This document shows positions 1 to 12,974 of a stretch of DNA of 64,000 nt, piece by piece. A model generated the notes under the pieces. The model had not been told where the DNA came from and ran no database searches. It saw only the letters and a list, made by a program, of their open reading frames with translations. The translations under genes were made by a program, and so were the position numbers. This stretch comes from Cyanophora paradoxa CCMP329 (taxonomy: Eukaryota > Plantae > Glaucophyta), in assembly GCA_004431415.1 (NCBI GenBank), contig QPMI01000104.1, positions 124,001-188,000 on the forward strand, given 5' to 3'. Positions within the stretch are counted from its first letter, which is position 1. Every line of letters starts with the position of its first letter.

Positions 1-3000
1 TCCTTCTCCTGGAACAAGCACAGTGCGCCAGCTTTGGCGCTCTGCGGCTGGTCGACGTCGACGTCGACCTCGACGCTCTTGACGAGGCCCTCGGCCAGGA
101 GGGAGAAGTACTCGGCGTTGACGCCCCGGCCGCCCCCGGCCTCCCTCCGCTCGAACGAGACGAACGAGACCTGAGAGAGGGGTGCGCGTCAGAGAGGGGC
201 GGCGCTGGCGGGACACGGATGTCGAGTCATTATTTAATTTTGATGCTATTAGGCACGATAGCTTTAGTTACTGTTGTGTAACAATAATGTTGTTACTTTA
301 GTTACGGTGCGTGTCAGAGAGGGGCGGCGCAGGCGCAGGCGCGACACGGATAGGTAATTATATAATACGGTAGCTTTAGTTTAGTTACTTTTTATAGCCT
401 TTTCGTTGCTTTTTTATAGCTTTTTAGAGCTCGCGCGCCTTGAAGTCGTCTCTCCGGAGGCGGCGCCGGTCGGTCCTCCGGAGCATGCGCCCCTTGTAGA
501 TGCGCTTCAGCTCGTCGATCCTGCGGGGGGAGAGGCGCGATGGCCGTAGTCAGCGTCGAGCGAATTTCGAGTGGAAATTGCGGGGGGGAGGCGCGACGGT
601 CATGGTCAGCGTCGAGCTGACGCATGCATGGCTTGCATGGCTTTGTTGGGCATTTTCATTCTGTATTATTTATGGGTGCTGTATTCGCCATGTTTGCAGG
701 TTTCTATTATTGGATAGGTAAAATAAGTGGTTTAAAATACCAGCGTCGAGCCGACGCAAGTGCGAGTCGAATTTCGAGCGAATTTCGGGTGGAAATGGCA
801 ATTGACGCGCGCACGACTTGGCGACGATGTCGGACTTCTCGTGGGGGACCCGGAGGTGCAGGTCGAGGTGCCCGTCGCGCCCGTCTTCGTCGCCGTCGTC
901 GTCGTCGCTCGGGAACAGGCCGTCAAAGTCCTCTTCAAGTTGGTTCGCCAGGGAGTGAAGGTGCTGCGCGGGCGAATCAAACATGCATTTCAATCAGCGA
1001 CGTTAGCGCAATCTTTATCAGAGCCGCGAGGCTTGAGCTCACCGGAAATTCGCGCTGCAGATCGATCGGATTCGACGAGGTATAGCTACCGGCGGCCTGA
1101 GACGCGGACAGCGCCGGAAGCAGGACCATAAAATGCTTGAAGAAGCGGAGAAACGCCGGAGGGGACTCGACCTCAACCTGGCGAATGGATCAGCAAGAAT
1201 ACACAAGAGAGTGATCAACGGCGCAATTGATTATAAAGCTAGACCGGACCTGGTGCGGCGACATTGATTAGCTATTAAGATATAAAGCAATAATTATGTT
1301 ATAACGGCGAAATCAAAGCCGGACCTGGTTGCGCTTGCGAGCGAGGAGCGCCTCGAGCTCTTGGACGGTCTCGAGCGCGCGGGCGCTCAGGGCGAGGGAC
1401 GCCCGCGCGTCCGCGCGGCTCTGGCGAGTCGTCGTCGGCCAGCGCGAGTACTCCAGCAGAAGGGGGTAGAGGCGGCCGGCCGCCCGGACGACGACCTCGC
1501 TGCTCTTCGGGAAGAAGATGCGCAGGATGGGGAAGCCGGGGCCGTTGTCGAAGAGCGCGAAGGGGCGCGCCCTGCTCCTGGTAATCTGCGGATCCGCCGG
1601 GCATAGCACGTCGGCGAAGTCGACGAGCGAGTCCGCGAGCATCGACACGTGCTCGCCGCCGTAGACGTCGGCGCGGTCGAGGAGGCAGCGGAGGACGGCG
1701 ACGGCGCCGGCGGCGGCCGCGTCGCTGCCGTCGCCGGCGAGGTCGCGGAGCTCCTTGACGACCCTCCGCATGACGGCCTTGCCCTTCGCGATCGACGACG
1801 ACGAGCTCGAGGAAGAGGACGTCGAAAGCTGAAGGCCGCTGTGCGCTTGGAAGTCGACGGGCTCGCCGTCCTGCACCCATCCCGGCTGCTGCACCCGCGC
1901 CGCCACCGCGGCGCGGCACCGGACGAGGGCGCCGACGACGGCGCGGCCCCAGAGGGCCGCGTGCGCATCGCCCTCGCCGGCCTCGTTGCACAGGCGGAGG
2001 CACTTCCCGACGGCCCGGAGGACGGCCCCGCCCAGCTCGGCTGACGAGGACGAGCCGGCCGGGGCCAGCGTCTCGTAGAGTAGGCCGGGCTCGACGCTGC
2101 AGTAGCCGCTCCCGCAAGAGATCTGCGCGCGCGCGTCGCATGTGAGACAAGATCTAGATCTAGATAGCGGCGTGTGTGTGCGGCTTACGTCGAGCGCGTT
2201 TACGACGGCCAGGCTCCTCTCCGTCTCGCTCATCGTGAGCAGTATCTGGAGCGCGTATTCCCGAGTCTGATCATGGAGTCAGAATTAAAGCAGAAGCCGA
2301 GGCATTCTTAATCGGGCCGATCGGACGGCACGCATCCTATAATTAACCTCTTTTATTCTTATAACGCACTTATAACACATTACATAGTTCTATTCAAAAA
2401 GTTGTTAAGAAACAATACGGGAACGGACCTCGCCGCGACGGATATCGTCTTCGAACAGCGAATTCGCGCCCCGGTTGCTGGGTACCGGAACCCCGTCTGG
2501 AACACGGGCGCGAGGGGATATCGATGAGCGGTGACAGAAATGAAACGACGCGGCCCTTCAACGTTATCGTTGAACCCGAAAGGCAATTCAAGGCGCACCG
2601 ATGAACCAGGCGTACTTCTCGGGGACGGCCGCGAAGCAGACGTACGCGGAGACCGCGGGAGGCAGCGGGCGGCCGGCTGCGAGCGAGAGCTGCACGACGT
2701 CTCGCCCGACGGGGAAGCGGCAGGCGCAGACGATGTTCTCCGCGTCGATCGCGGCGGACGCGAGGCCCTCCGCTGCGGATATCGATCGGAAACGGGGTCA
2801 AAATGGTGATGCGAATCGGTTTTACATCAATAGCAATGAACAATGTCGCTTTAGATGCGAGCTAAAAGCTTAGATCTAGATGCGAGGAAATCAAGGAATC
2901 GGAAATGCACGCAGGAGACGCGCGAATCTGAGGAGGAAGTCGACGACCCGCCCCTGGGACTCCAGCTTGCCGGTTAGCGCCTGCACGCACGCGCACGCAC

Positions 3001-5386
3001 GCGAAATCAGCAAAACCGAAGCGAAACTATTCGAGCTTTGAGGGTAGATCGGACCTGGAGGCGGGCGCCCAGGCCGGCCGGCGCCGGGATCTCGCGCTCG
3101 AGGTCGTCCCCTTCGAGCCCGGAGAGGCCCCGCCCCAGCAAGTAGAGCAGGCTGCGCCCGGGTGAGGAAAGGGCTAGGAAAAGAAGAACCAGACGCGCGC
3201 GCGGGCACTACAAATAGCTCACTCGTCGAGGAACTGGCCGGCTGCGGCCGTCGCCCTCGCGTCGCACCGGACGTGGTTCCCGTTGTGCCCGAGGAGCCCT
3301 CCGAAGTCCGCGAGCCGGTTGTCGACCTGCGCGCGAAGGGCGTGGGCGTGGGCGCGGAGGAGCCGACGACGGGGAGGATGATGGAGGGGGGAGGGAACGG
3401 GGGTACAGTGAAGTTGGCGCCGAAGAAGAGGAGCCAGAGGGCGCGGAACGCGTGGCCCGAGCGCACCGCCAGCCTGAACGCCACGTCGATCTGCGAGCCC
3501 GGAAGAATCGAAAACGTTCGGCTGAACCTCAATGCTCAGCTTTAGAATCGCTCGGAATTCGAACCTCTGCTTGCCGGGTCCTGCCGTCTGCCTTGCGAAT
3601 GGCTTCGGAGAGAGCGACGAGCTCCTTCTTCGCCTCTTCAGAGTACCTCGGCTTGCCCTTGCCGGGGAACCGCGTCTGCGATCGGAGATCTAGAGCATAA
3701 ATTCACGCATCGGAGTAAAAAAGGGAGGCGGAGGGCGCACGTATGTGTCCCTTCCCTTGCGCTGCGTGGGGAGGTCCAGGTCAAGGGGCCGCGGATGCGC
3801 GTACGAGTTCGACCGCAGGACGTGCTCCAGCGTGTACGCGTTCAAGCTGCGATGCGCGGTCAGGGGTAGGGGCGCAGAAAAGGGGCACCGAGAAAGGGGG
3901 AGGAGGGAAGCGCGGGGGGATCGGGTCTGCAGAGGCGGGAGAATTCTGGGGGGGGGGGGGGAGGGGGAGGGGAGGGGAGGGGGCAGAAGGCCCGGATGAA
4001 GAAAGGACGGGAGAGGAAGGAGCGAGGGACAGAAAGAAAGCAAGGTACGAGGGTACGAGGGTACGGGGGTACGACGGTACCAGGGTACGGGGGTACGGGG
4101 GGTGAGGGTACAGGGTACGGGGTACGAGGGTACGAAGGGGGTACGAGGGCAAGGGGTATGGGGGACGGGGTCCGGGGTATATGGTACGGGGTACGAGGTA
4201 CGGAGTTCGGGGTACGGGCGGGAAGAGGTTCGGGGTACGCGCGGGAAGAGGGGTGGGGCGAAGAGAGGGCGGGGGGGAGGGGGGCGGAGGGGAAGGGATA
4301 GAGGGAGAGGATAGACCGGGCACTGGGAATGGAGATTGGTGATAAGGAAAGGAGGACGGAAGAGGAAGGAAGGACCGACGGGGGGGTACGAGGGAAAGGA
4401 CGCCGTAGGAAAGGGCGATCGAGGGTTCGGAGAGGCGCTTATCGCTAGAGGAGCGGGGGTACCGGACCTGCACGGGATGACGTCACCGCTGCGGACGCCG
4501 AGGGCGGCCAGGGAGGGGTCGTGGAAGCTAAGCACGTCGTCCGTCAGCAGCACGTGGTCGAACTCGGGGCGGGGCCTGGAGCGGCCGGCGCCGGCGCCGG
4601 CGCCGCTGCTGCTGCCGCCCCCGCTGCTGCTGCCGTCCTTTAGCTTAATGAGGATGTTGAAGTCGACGGGGCCCGGGTTCCACTCCGGGTTGAGCGACGA
4701 GTCCAGAGGGTGCTCGGGGCGGGGCCCGGGCCCGGGCCGGCCCGCCGCGTCGTCGCGGCTCCCGCCGCGGATTGTAGCGACCCGAAGAGCCGCGAGCGCA
4801 TCGCCGCCGTCGCTGGCGGCTTGATCCAGCTCCGCGAAGATGGCGGAGCGCACGGTCTCCAGCGTGATGCTCTCCGCCTCCTCCGCGTCCTCGGCCAGCC
4901 CCAGCTTGAACTCGAGTCTGCGCAGCAGCGCGCAGGTTCGCGGGTCAGCTTCCTTCCTTCCTTCCGAGCCGCTGGCGAGATCTAGAGTCCTAGGGAGCGC
5001 CTCCGGGTCGTTTGGGTCGCGGTTGGCGTCAGATCAAATTTGAGCTGTGGGGTTCCTGCAGCTGCAATCCCGCGGCCCCCGCGCGGCGAAGCTCACCTAT
5101 AGTACAGCTGGGAGTCCGACGGTCCCTCGTCACCGGAGGCGGCCCCAGAACCGCCAGGACGCGCGGGCGCGTCTTTCCATTTGCGCGGGAAGCGCCCGGT
5201 TCGCTGGGCGTGCTCGATGTACGCCGCCGGCGCGTCGAGCTGTATGACTACGTGGAAGAGATCACTTGGATCTGTTTCCATCTCGTCATCGCTATCCGCG
5301 TGGCGGCCGCGCAGCGCCGGCGCGGGCCGCCCGGGCGACGGGAACGCGTCCCCGTCGCCCGAAATCTGACTGAAAGCACGTCGCAT
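1..5386 (-). CDS. Multi-exon HECT-type E3 ubiquitin ligase-like gene with an N-terminal ubiquitin-like region; runs off the left edge
   Basis: Exon 1-170 reads [26 protein letters not shown], resembling the HECT N-lobe entry motif. It is preceded by exon 439-520 [27 protein letters not shown]. Exon ~4465-4920 has [10 protein letters not shown]...[19 protein letters not shown] (ubiquitin-like). Putative ATG at 5386. Joining all exons into one gene is inferred. Confidence 0.55.
642..741 (+). pseudogene. cox1: NUMT: ~100 bp AT-rich fragment of mitochondrial cox1 inside an intron
   Basis: Translates to [33 protein letters not shown], versus the COX1 heme-ligand helix consensus VVAHFHYVLSMGAVFAxFAGFYYWxGK. 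AT-rich codons in a high-GC background. Confidence 0.9.
4044..4238. repeat. Degenerate tandem array of GGTAC(G/A)-based 7-9 bp units within an intron
   Basis: Repeated ggtacgag/ggtacggg/gggtac units are visible directly, flanked by purine-rich low-complexity tracts. Confidence 0.85.
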
Positions 5387-5693
5387 GCTCGCGGCTGAGG
5401 TGCAGTGGACCGCCCGGGAGCTGGAGTTCAAATCTCGCTCAGTTGGCTCTCCGCAAAGTCGTCTGGCCCGCCGCGCGCGCACGTGCGCGCTGGATGCCGC
5501 TGCCTTCTAGATGCTGAGCGCGCTGCGATCGGGCGCCTGCCGCAGTGCGCGCGGCTTGGCGGGAGCAGCGGGGATTTTGGATCTGGGGGGGAGTGCACCG
5601 GTGACGGGTAGAGCTTGATCATCAGGCCTGGTTACGTTGAGTTTCACAGCCACCGTTGATCATGATCCACCACCGAATCACGGCCGCACGATC

Positions 5694-7897
5694 ATGATTG
5701 ACCGCCTGCCGAACAGCGCCCGAGAGCGGGTCCTCGAAGCCGTAGGGTTTCAGCATGTGACCTTCGTCCGGCTCGTCTGCCGGCGCTGGCGTGACGCGGT
5801 GAAGGATGTCGTCTGGCAACGGCTGGACGTCGTGACGACGAGCCGGACGCACGCGGATCGGCTGGCAAGCCTCGTCGTGCGGGCCGCGGGCAGCGCCGAT
5901 GGCGCCGACGCCGCGGCCCCCGGAGACCGGCGGTGGATCCGCGTGGCGCCCGGCGCCTCTCTGCGCCTGCGGATCGAGGAATCGCCGTACGCGTTCGCGC
6001 ACGTGCGAGACGGCGCCGGCAGGATCCGATTTCCGAATCCGACGGAGCGATGGGCCCACGCCCGCACGCGGGGCCCCGCGGTGCTCGCGGGGGCGGCTTC
6101 CCTCGTCGCCGCGTGCGCGGAGTCGAGCGCCGCGGCCGCGGCCGGCGGCGGCGGCGGCGGCCTCGCAGAGCTCGAAGTGGAGCTCGGCGCGCCTTCCGGC
6201 GCTTGCGTCCTCGACCTGCTCCGCTCCCCGGCGCTCGCCGCCGCCGCTGGCCCCTCGCTCCGCGGCCTGCAGCTCCGGAGCGGCGCCGACGGCCACGGCC
6301 CCTGCGGCGGCTTCCCGGGGGACTTCAAGAAGCTATTATTATCCTTCCCGCGCCTCGAGAGCCTCGCCCTCCCGCGCTGCTGCTCCGCCGAAGGCTACGC
6401 CGTCGACCAGATCGCCGCCGCCTTGCCGAACCTCAAGCAGGCCCGCCGCGCCCCGCGCCCACGCCCGCGCCCACGCCCGCGCCCGCGCCCGCGGCCGCTG
6501 ATCGTGAGTGGGACGACAGCTGACGATCTGCCTGGCGGGCTTCGAGGAGGGCGGAGGCGGCCTCGCCGCCCTGGGCCGCCTAGAGATCCTTGAGCTATGC
6601 CGGGGGGTACACGCCGACGAGGACGACGCCGACGCCGAGGACCGGGACGCTCGGTACCTGATCGAGAGCCTCGCCGACGGCCCCGCCGCGCGATCCCTCA
6701 AAGAGTGCGCGCGCGCCGCCTGCGCTCCGCCCGCCTTACATAGAGTCCACCTTTTGATCTTATATCAAAGGCTCTCTATTACATAGAGTCCACCTTTTGA
6801 TCTTCTTACATCAAAGTCAAGGCTCTTCTAAAATTTCCGCCGCCCGCAGGCTCCGGCTCCGGTGCCCGGCGTCCATCTCGGGGGGTGCCCTCCTCGCCCT
6901 CCCGCGTCTCGCCGCCCTCGAGCGCCTCGACGTCACGCGCGGGATCGTCCAGGTAGCTAATAGCTAAGCTTAGGTTCTTATAAGAATTCAGTTAAGGTTC
7001 CAATAAGATAATCCAGGTCCGGCTTTAGCTTCGCTGAGCTTATCTTATATATAATTAGCTTAAAATTAGCTTCGCTCAGCTTAGCCCGCCCCGCAGCTGG
7101 GGGCGGACGTGGGGGAGGAGGCCCTGGCGGCCCTGGGCGCCTGCCCCGCGCTGCGTACCCTCCCGGCCCTCCTCCCCTCCCCCGACGTCGAGCACGAGGG
7201 CGATCGCGACATCGACGACGACGGGGACGGGGAGGGGGAGGGGGAGGAGGCGCCGGGGGGGTACGGCGATCGGGTCGCGGAGCAGCTCGCCGGCCTCGCG
7301 GCGGCCCTCGAGCGCTCATCCACCCTCGAGACCCTCGACCTTCTTTTCAATCGTGCGCTGTACCCCGCCCCCCCCCCCTCCCCACCACCTCTTCTCACGG
7401 CGCGGCGCGGCAGACGTGCCGCGGGGGGCGCTGGCGGGGCTGGGGCCGCTGGCCCGCGCGTCCCGCGGGCGCCTCTCCCTCAAAATGGAGGTCGACCTGG
7501 AGGAGGCCGAAGACGTTGCGCGGGCCGCCGCCGCGCTGGCGCCGGCGGCCGCCCCGGCGCCGCCGCCGCTCCGCCGCCTCGCTCTCACGGCCCTCGTCGG
7601 CGAGAAGGCCCTCCGCGGCCGCTGGCTCGGCCGCCTGGCCGCCTTCGCCCGCTGCTCGGCTGAGCCTCCGGAGGTGTCCCTCAACGTCTCCGACTCGCTC
7701 AGCGGGGAAGAGGAGGAGGTGCCAGCAGCCGCCCGCCGTGCCAGACGCGGCAGCTCAGCGGCTTACGCGAGCCTTCCCCGACCCGACCCGACCCGCTGCA
7801 GGTCAGGAGCGCCATTCGCGACGCGGTGAAGGGGGCGCTCCCGAGCGCACGCGTGAACGTGCGTATGCCGTCGGATCAGATGGATTTCGGTTTGTAA
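5694..7897 (+). CDS. F-box protein with degenerate leucine-rich (RNI-like) repeats, multi-exon
   Basis: N-terminal IDRLPNSARERVLEAVGFQHVTFVRLVCRRWRDAV is an F-box. Later FPRLESLALP, LPNLKQ, LGRLEILEL, CPALRTL and LETLDLLFN are LRR-like. The last exon ends ...QMDFGL* at 7897. Confidence 0.75.
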
Positions 7898-8171
7898 TGA
7901 ATTCGAATATTAATTTATAAATTACGACTGCGCTAGCGCTACCTGAGCAGACTCAATGATCATGACCTACCGACAGCGCGCGTTCTGCGTGTGCGGCGCG
8001 CGCGCGCGCTGAGCCTGGGAGGGTCAAACTGGAGGTAGATCTAAAAGCTTATAGTTACGCATATGGCCATGCAAATGCAATGGCTTTTATCTAAGAAAGA
8101 GGCAGATCTAAAAGCTTGACGGGCCGGGGCGCGCGAGCGCTGGCCTCATATGCATACGGACAAACGCAATT

Positions 8172-11100
8172 CTAGGCCCCGCGCCCCGTGCCGGCGCCGC
8201 CTTTCGGGCGCCGCCGCCGCTGCACAGCGTCCAGGTACTCCTGCGCCGAAATTAAAACACGTCGATCGTCAAGATCAGGGGGAGCAGGGCCAGGGGGCGG
8301 GGGCTGGTCCGGGCCGGGCGGCACCTGGATGCCGGGCAGCAGCTGCTGCGGGGCCCCCGCCCCGGCCCCGGGGCCGGCGAGGTCGCCGGGGTCTCGCCCC
8401 TCGGCGGCGGCGCGCCGGACGAGGCCGCTCGCGAAGGCCCGCTCCGCCGCCACGCACGCTGCCCTTGTATGCTTAAGCTTAAGTGAGGTGATATTTAAGC
8501 TTATAGGCTTAAGTTCGGCTTGAACGATTGCATCTAGAGGCTTATAGGCTTAAGTTCGCGAAGGCGCGCTCCGCCGCGACGCACGCTGCGCGCCGCGCGT
8601 CACTGACTGGATCGGAGGTAGACGGCTTATATGCTTAAGCTTAACTAAGCTGAAATTTAGGCTTGTAGGCTTTACTTAAGCTTCGTCTGAAGGTTCGCAT
8701 CTAGAGGCTTGGAGACGGCCGGCACCGTCTAGATCTCGAGTAGAAGGGGAGGCACCGTCGCGGTTTATAGCTTATGAATCAAGTTACGATTATAGCGTCG
8801 CTGGCAATGATAAGCTAATAATTACGCTTAAGGGGCGGGTCGACGTCATAATTATAAGCTTGATCGAGGAGGGCCGGCACCGTCTCTGATGTCGCGGCCG
8901 GCGAAGCCCTCCGTCGCCGCCGCCAGCTCCGCCAGCTCGGCCTCCCCCAGCTGCGTGCGCGAGCCAAGCTAAGAGGCTTACAGAGAGAGGCCAAGAGGCT
9001 AACAGGCTAAGAGGCTTACGAGCTAAGCTCAAGCTGAGCTAAGAGGCGGCTTACATGCTTAAGCTACGTCAGGCGGCTAAAGTAATTTATAAGCTGATAT
9101 TTAATTTAAGCTTGTAGGCTTAACTTAAGCGCCACCAGCTCGGGCTCTGCCAGCTGCGTGCGCGGGATCGGATTATTGAGCCCGAGCTGAGCTCAAGCCG
9201 TGCCAAGCCAAGCTAGCCCGCGGCCGCGGACCTGGCGGACCTAAGCGAGCCTATGGCTAAGCGAGCTCAAGCTGAGCCCTAGCTAAGCCGAGCTAAGCTC
9301 AAACTAAGCGAGCTAAGGCGGGGCCCTAGAGGCCCCTCGAGCTCATGAGCAAGCAGAGGCCTCGGACCTGGCGGGCGTAGGCGGCGAAGATGGCGGCGCG
9401 GGCGGCCGCGTCCGGCAGCTCGAAGCGCACGACCAGGTCGAAGCGGCTGAGGGGGGGGGGCAGAGGGGGGCGGGCAGTGAGAGGGGGTGGGGAGGTCCGC
9501 GCCGGGCCCGGGGGCGATCTAGGGGCGGGGGGTCTAGATCTAGGATCAGGATCTAGGATCTAGGCCCATATGCATGGATCCTGCGCTCATACGAGGTCAC
9601 CTGAAGAGGGCGGCTTCAATCTAGCCAACAGAATCCCCCTAGGCCTAGGCCTCGCATCCCCTCGAACTCCGCTCGGACCCCCCGGGACCCGGGACCCGGG
9701 ACGGGACGGGACAAGTCCTGCGCTGGGGGGGGGGGGGGGGGGGGGGGTGGCCGCGGCGGGGGGCGGGCGGGGTCCGCGCCGGGGCGAGCTAGGGGCGGGG
9801 GGTCTAGATCTAGAATCCCCCTACGCCTAGTAATCGCGTCCCCCTCGGCCCATGGGTCGTGCGCTCATACGAGCTCGAGGTCACCTGAGGAGGGCCGCGT
9901 CGAGGTCCTCGGGGCGGTTCGTCGCCCCCACCAGGACCACCCTGATCAGGAAGCTCAAGTGAGCTGATATTTAAGCTTAGAGGCTTACGTTAAGCTAAGC
10001 TTAGAGGCTTATTTAAGCTTATAGGCTCATGAGGAGACGGGCGGGCGGGAGGAGGGCGGCGGCGGGGGCGAGGCGGCGGGATTGATCACGATGTGTATAT
10101 AGCGTTCATTGGGGGCGAGGCGGCGGGCTCACCGGCTGCGCTGCGAGTCGCCCGTGGCCGCGGCCGCGGCCGCCCCGCCTGAGTCTCCCGGCCCCGAGGC
10201 CGATGCCGAGGCCGCGCCGCCCTCAGACTCTGAAGCATATATAAGCTTAAGGGTTACCTGACTTGAGGCGGCAGCTGCTGCATGCGCAAGGATGCGTGCA
10301 GGTCGCACCAAATCCGTCGACGTGGCGCAGCAGGGTCGACATGAGGCGCCTGGAGGACTCGTGCAGGCCTGGGCGGGGACGCTGGGAAGGGGGGAGGGGG
10401 GGGGAGGAAAGGGGCGTACCACTATTCATGGGACCGTCCCGCGAGGGGCCGAGCGCGTCCACCTCGTCGACGAAGAGCAGTACCCCCGGCGCGAGCTGCG
10501 GGGGGCGCGCGCGAGGCGTGAGGGGCGCGGGCCAGGGCTGGGCGGGGGGAAGAGGGGGGGGTACGGTCGCGCGCCTTGCGGCAGAGGGCGAAGACGCGCG
10601 ACAGGTTCCGCTCGCTCTCTCCGAACCTTTCGGGGGGAGGGGGTACTCAATAAAGGCGGGGGGGAGCTCGAGGGGGCCCGGGGCGGGTACCACTTGGTCA
10701 TGATGGACTCCAGAGGCAGGTACACCAGCGGCGCCTAGAGAGGGGGGGGTAGGGGGATGTTCGGGGGGTACAGGGGTGCGGGCCGCTTACGTCGCACTGG
10801 GCCGCGAGGATTCGCGCCATGAACGTCTTACCCGTCCCTGCGCGGGATGAGAAAAAATGGGGAGGGGGAGAAGCGAGGAGGGGATACCGGGTGGCCCCTC
10901 GAAGAGGACGGCCCTGGGTACGCTCCTCTCCGGACGCTTCCGCGTACCCCTCGTGATCTGAGCGTAGGCGATGTGTTAAAGGGATTGGGGGGGGGGGGGG
11001 GGGGGCAGTGCGGGGTACTGCGCACGCTCTCGAAGAGGGACGGGTACCGGAATGACAGAACGACCGCGTCTTCCACCTCCTGAGAGAAGGGGGGGGGGGG

Positions 11101-12974
11101 GGGGGGGGAGGGTGGAGCGTGAGAAGGGTGCACGGTTGCGCGCGAGGGGTACGGCGCCGGCTCCGCGGACCCTCTTGATGTCCTCGTACCCGGCGAAGCT
11201 CGTCCAGTCGAGGCCAAGCGCGGCGGAAGGGGCGCCGCCGCCCGCCCCCGTCTGCTCGGGCCTCCGGAAGACCTGATCGAAGGGGTACGGATTTCAATAC
11301 GTGTACGCCTTGCCGGGGCCGATCCCCGCGGCATCCAGAGAGGGGTACGCGCACCCTGAGCCCCATGGCCTCGAGCTGGGCCTCCGCCTTGGCGGATTCG
11401 CCGTACCCCTCCGCGGCGCGGCCTGGGGGCGCGGCGGCCGCGGGCTCGCGCGGGAGTCAGCTGGGCCTAAGGATGCGGGCTTTGGATCTGGATGGCGGCC
11501 GCGGGCCGCGGAGCACCTTGGAGAGCTCATAGGGGCGGAGCGCCTCTTCCAGGGCCCGGCGGAGCGCCTCTTCGCTGCGGAACGGCGCCTCCTAGGTGGG
11601 CGGGGTACGAGGTCAGCGGGTGGGGGGCGGGGGCGGGGGCGGGGCCGCATCGCAGGGCCGTACCGCGTCTGGGGGCGCGGTGGACCCGGTCTCGTCCAGC
11701 GCCTCGGGCCGCGTGGACGGCGCAGGAGGGGCCGTTGGGGGCGCCGGCGCGTCCTCGGCCGCCGGGGGCGGGGCCGGGGCCGGGGGCGGGTCGTACGAGG
11801 GGCCCGGCGGGGTACCGCCTATCGCCCGCACGAAGAGGTCGGCCCCGCTGCCGAAGGCGCGGCCGATGACGTCACGCGGGTCCAAGTCCCCGAGGCGCCC
11901 GCGGCCCTGCGTTGCGTGGCCTGAGCGGGGGCCGAGGAGGGCGAGCGGGCGGGCGGGGGGTACCCCCGCGCGGTGCCCTGCGTCGTACATTGCCTCTACC
12001 AGCGCGAGCTCCCGCTCGGTGAGGGAGGCGCCGTCTGCGGCGTTCGAATCCAGTCATGATCAGCGCTTGAACTTGCGCTTCAGATCTAGATCGCAAGGCT
12101 ATCATTAAATATTCAAGATCGCCAAGGTCTTCTCTTGCATACGCACGGAATCTCGTATAGACGCTTCCGGAGATAAAGTGCAGGCTGGTGCCCTCGCTCA
12201 AAGCGTCAATCGAGACGTACGGCGCGCGGCGGCCGCCCAAATTGATCGCGATGGATGCGGTATCGCCCGAGGCTGGGCGGGCACGCGCTCGTGATCAGGC
12301 AGGAGCTCGTCCAATTCGATTCAAAAGTAATGCGCAGGGCGTCGCGCGTATATACGCACCGGACGCATTCTGCACAGAAGAGGGGCCGAGTTGGGCCGCG
12401 GAGAAAGCAACCTCGGCCAGGACCCGCAGCGCGTCCGCGTCGCGTGGGAGAGAGAAGCTGACCATGAGGCTCACGACAGCTGATCCAGAAAAGGCGCTGG
12501 TTGAGCGGTCCTCTTTGATGCGGAAATCGCTGGCGGCCGCTGCGCATGCGCATGCGCGCGCGCGCGCGCGCTCTCGGGTCAGCCACCAGGTGTGTGCGCG
12601 CGGATCGGACACCGCAGCTTACGTTCGAAAGTGCGGAACCGTTGATTGAGTCTTTGAAGAATGCTAGCGGCGCCAGCGATGGCCTGCCGACGCTCCTCGA
12701 GCCTGCGCTTCACTTCGCTCATCGGGAGCTCGCGGTCGGCGTCGCCGTTGGCGTCCGGCCGCTCATCGGGCATTGCAACGCTCGCCGCGCCGCGAACATG
12801 TACAGCCGCAGCTGCGCTTTCCGCGTGCACGCTTGAACCACTTCCGACGCGTACGCCAAAGAGCCACGGGCGCTGTCGCTCCCTCCGGCCCTCATATCGG
12901 AGCGCGGTATGAGCCGCACACGTGCGCGAGACCGCGGCGCGCCGAAGGTGCGAGCTCGTTGCTCGGGCCAACAT
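8172..12974 (-). CDS. AAA+ ATPase with probable mitochondrial presequence, many small exons
   Basis: Exons give LDWTSFAGYEDIKR, EVEDAVVLSFRYPSLFES, Walker A AVLFEGPPG/TGKT, ESIMTKW, Walker B VLLFVDEVDAL, LMSTLLRHVDGF, VVLVGATNRPEDLDAALL, RFDLVVRFELPD and TEGFAGRDIRD. The N-terminus MLARATSSHLRRAAVSRT is Arg-rich and acid-free. Linking 12.1-12.97 kb to the ATPase is inferred. Confidence 0.85.

Noticed and set aside
770-814. [10 protein letters not shown] as a pre-HECT 'FPFE.R' motif
   Set aside because: It lies after a GT donor at 814. Splicing there restores the frame into IDELKR, so the segment is probably intronic.
624-1085. 153-aa ORF as a functional nuclear cox1 gene
   Set aside because: Only ~33 codons are COX1-like, with substitutions at conserved sites. 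The rest is antisense to a host exon.
8460-9330. CRISPR-like or telomeric array
   Set aside because: No constant repeat with unique spacers and no regular telomere unit, in a eukaryotic intronic context.
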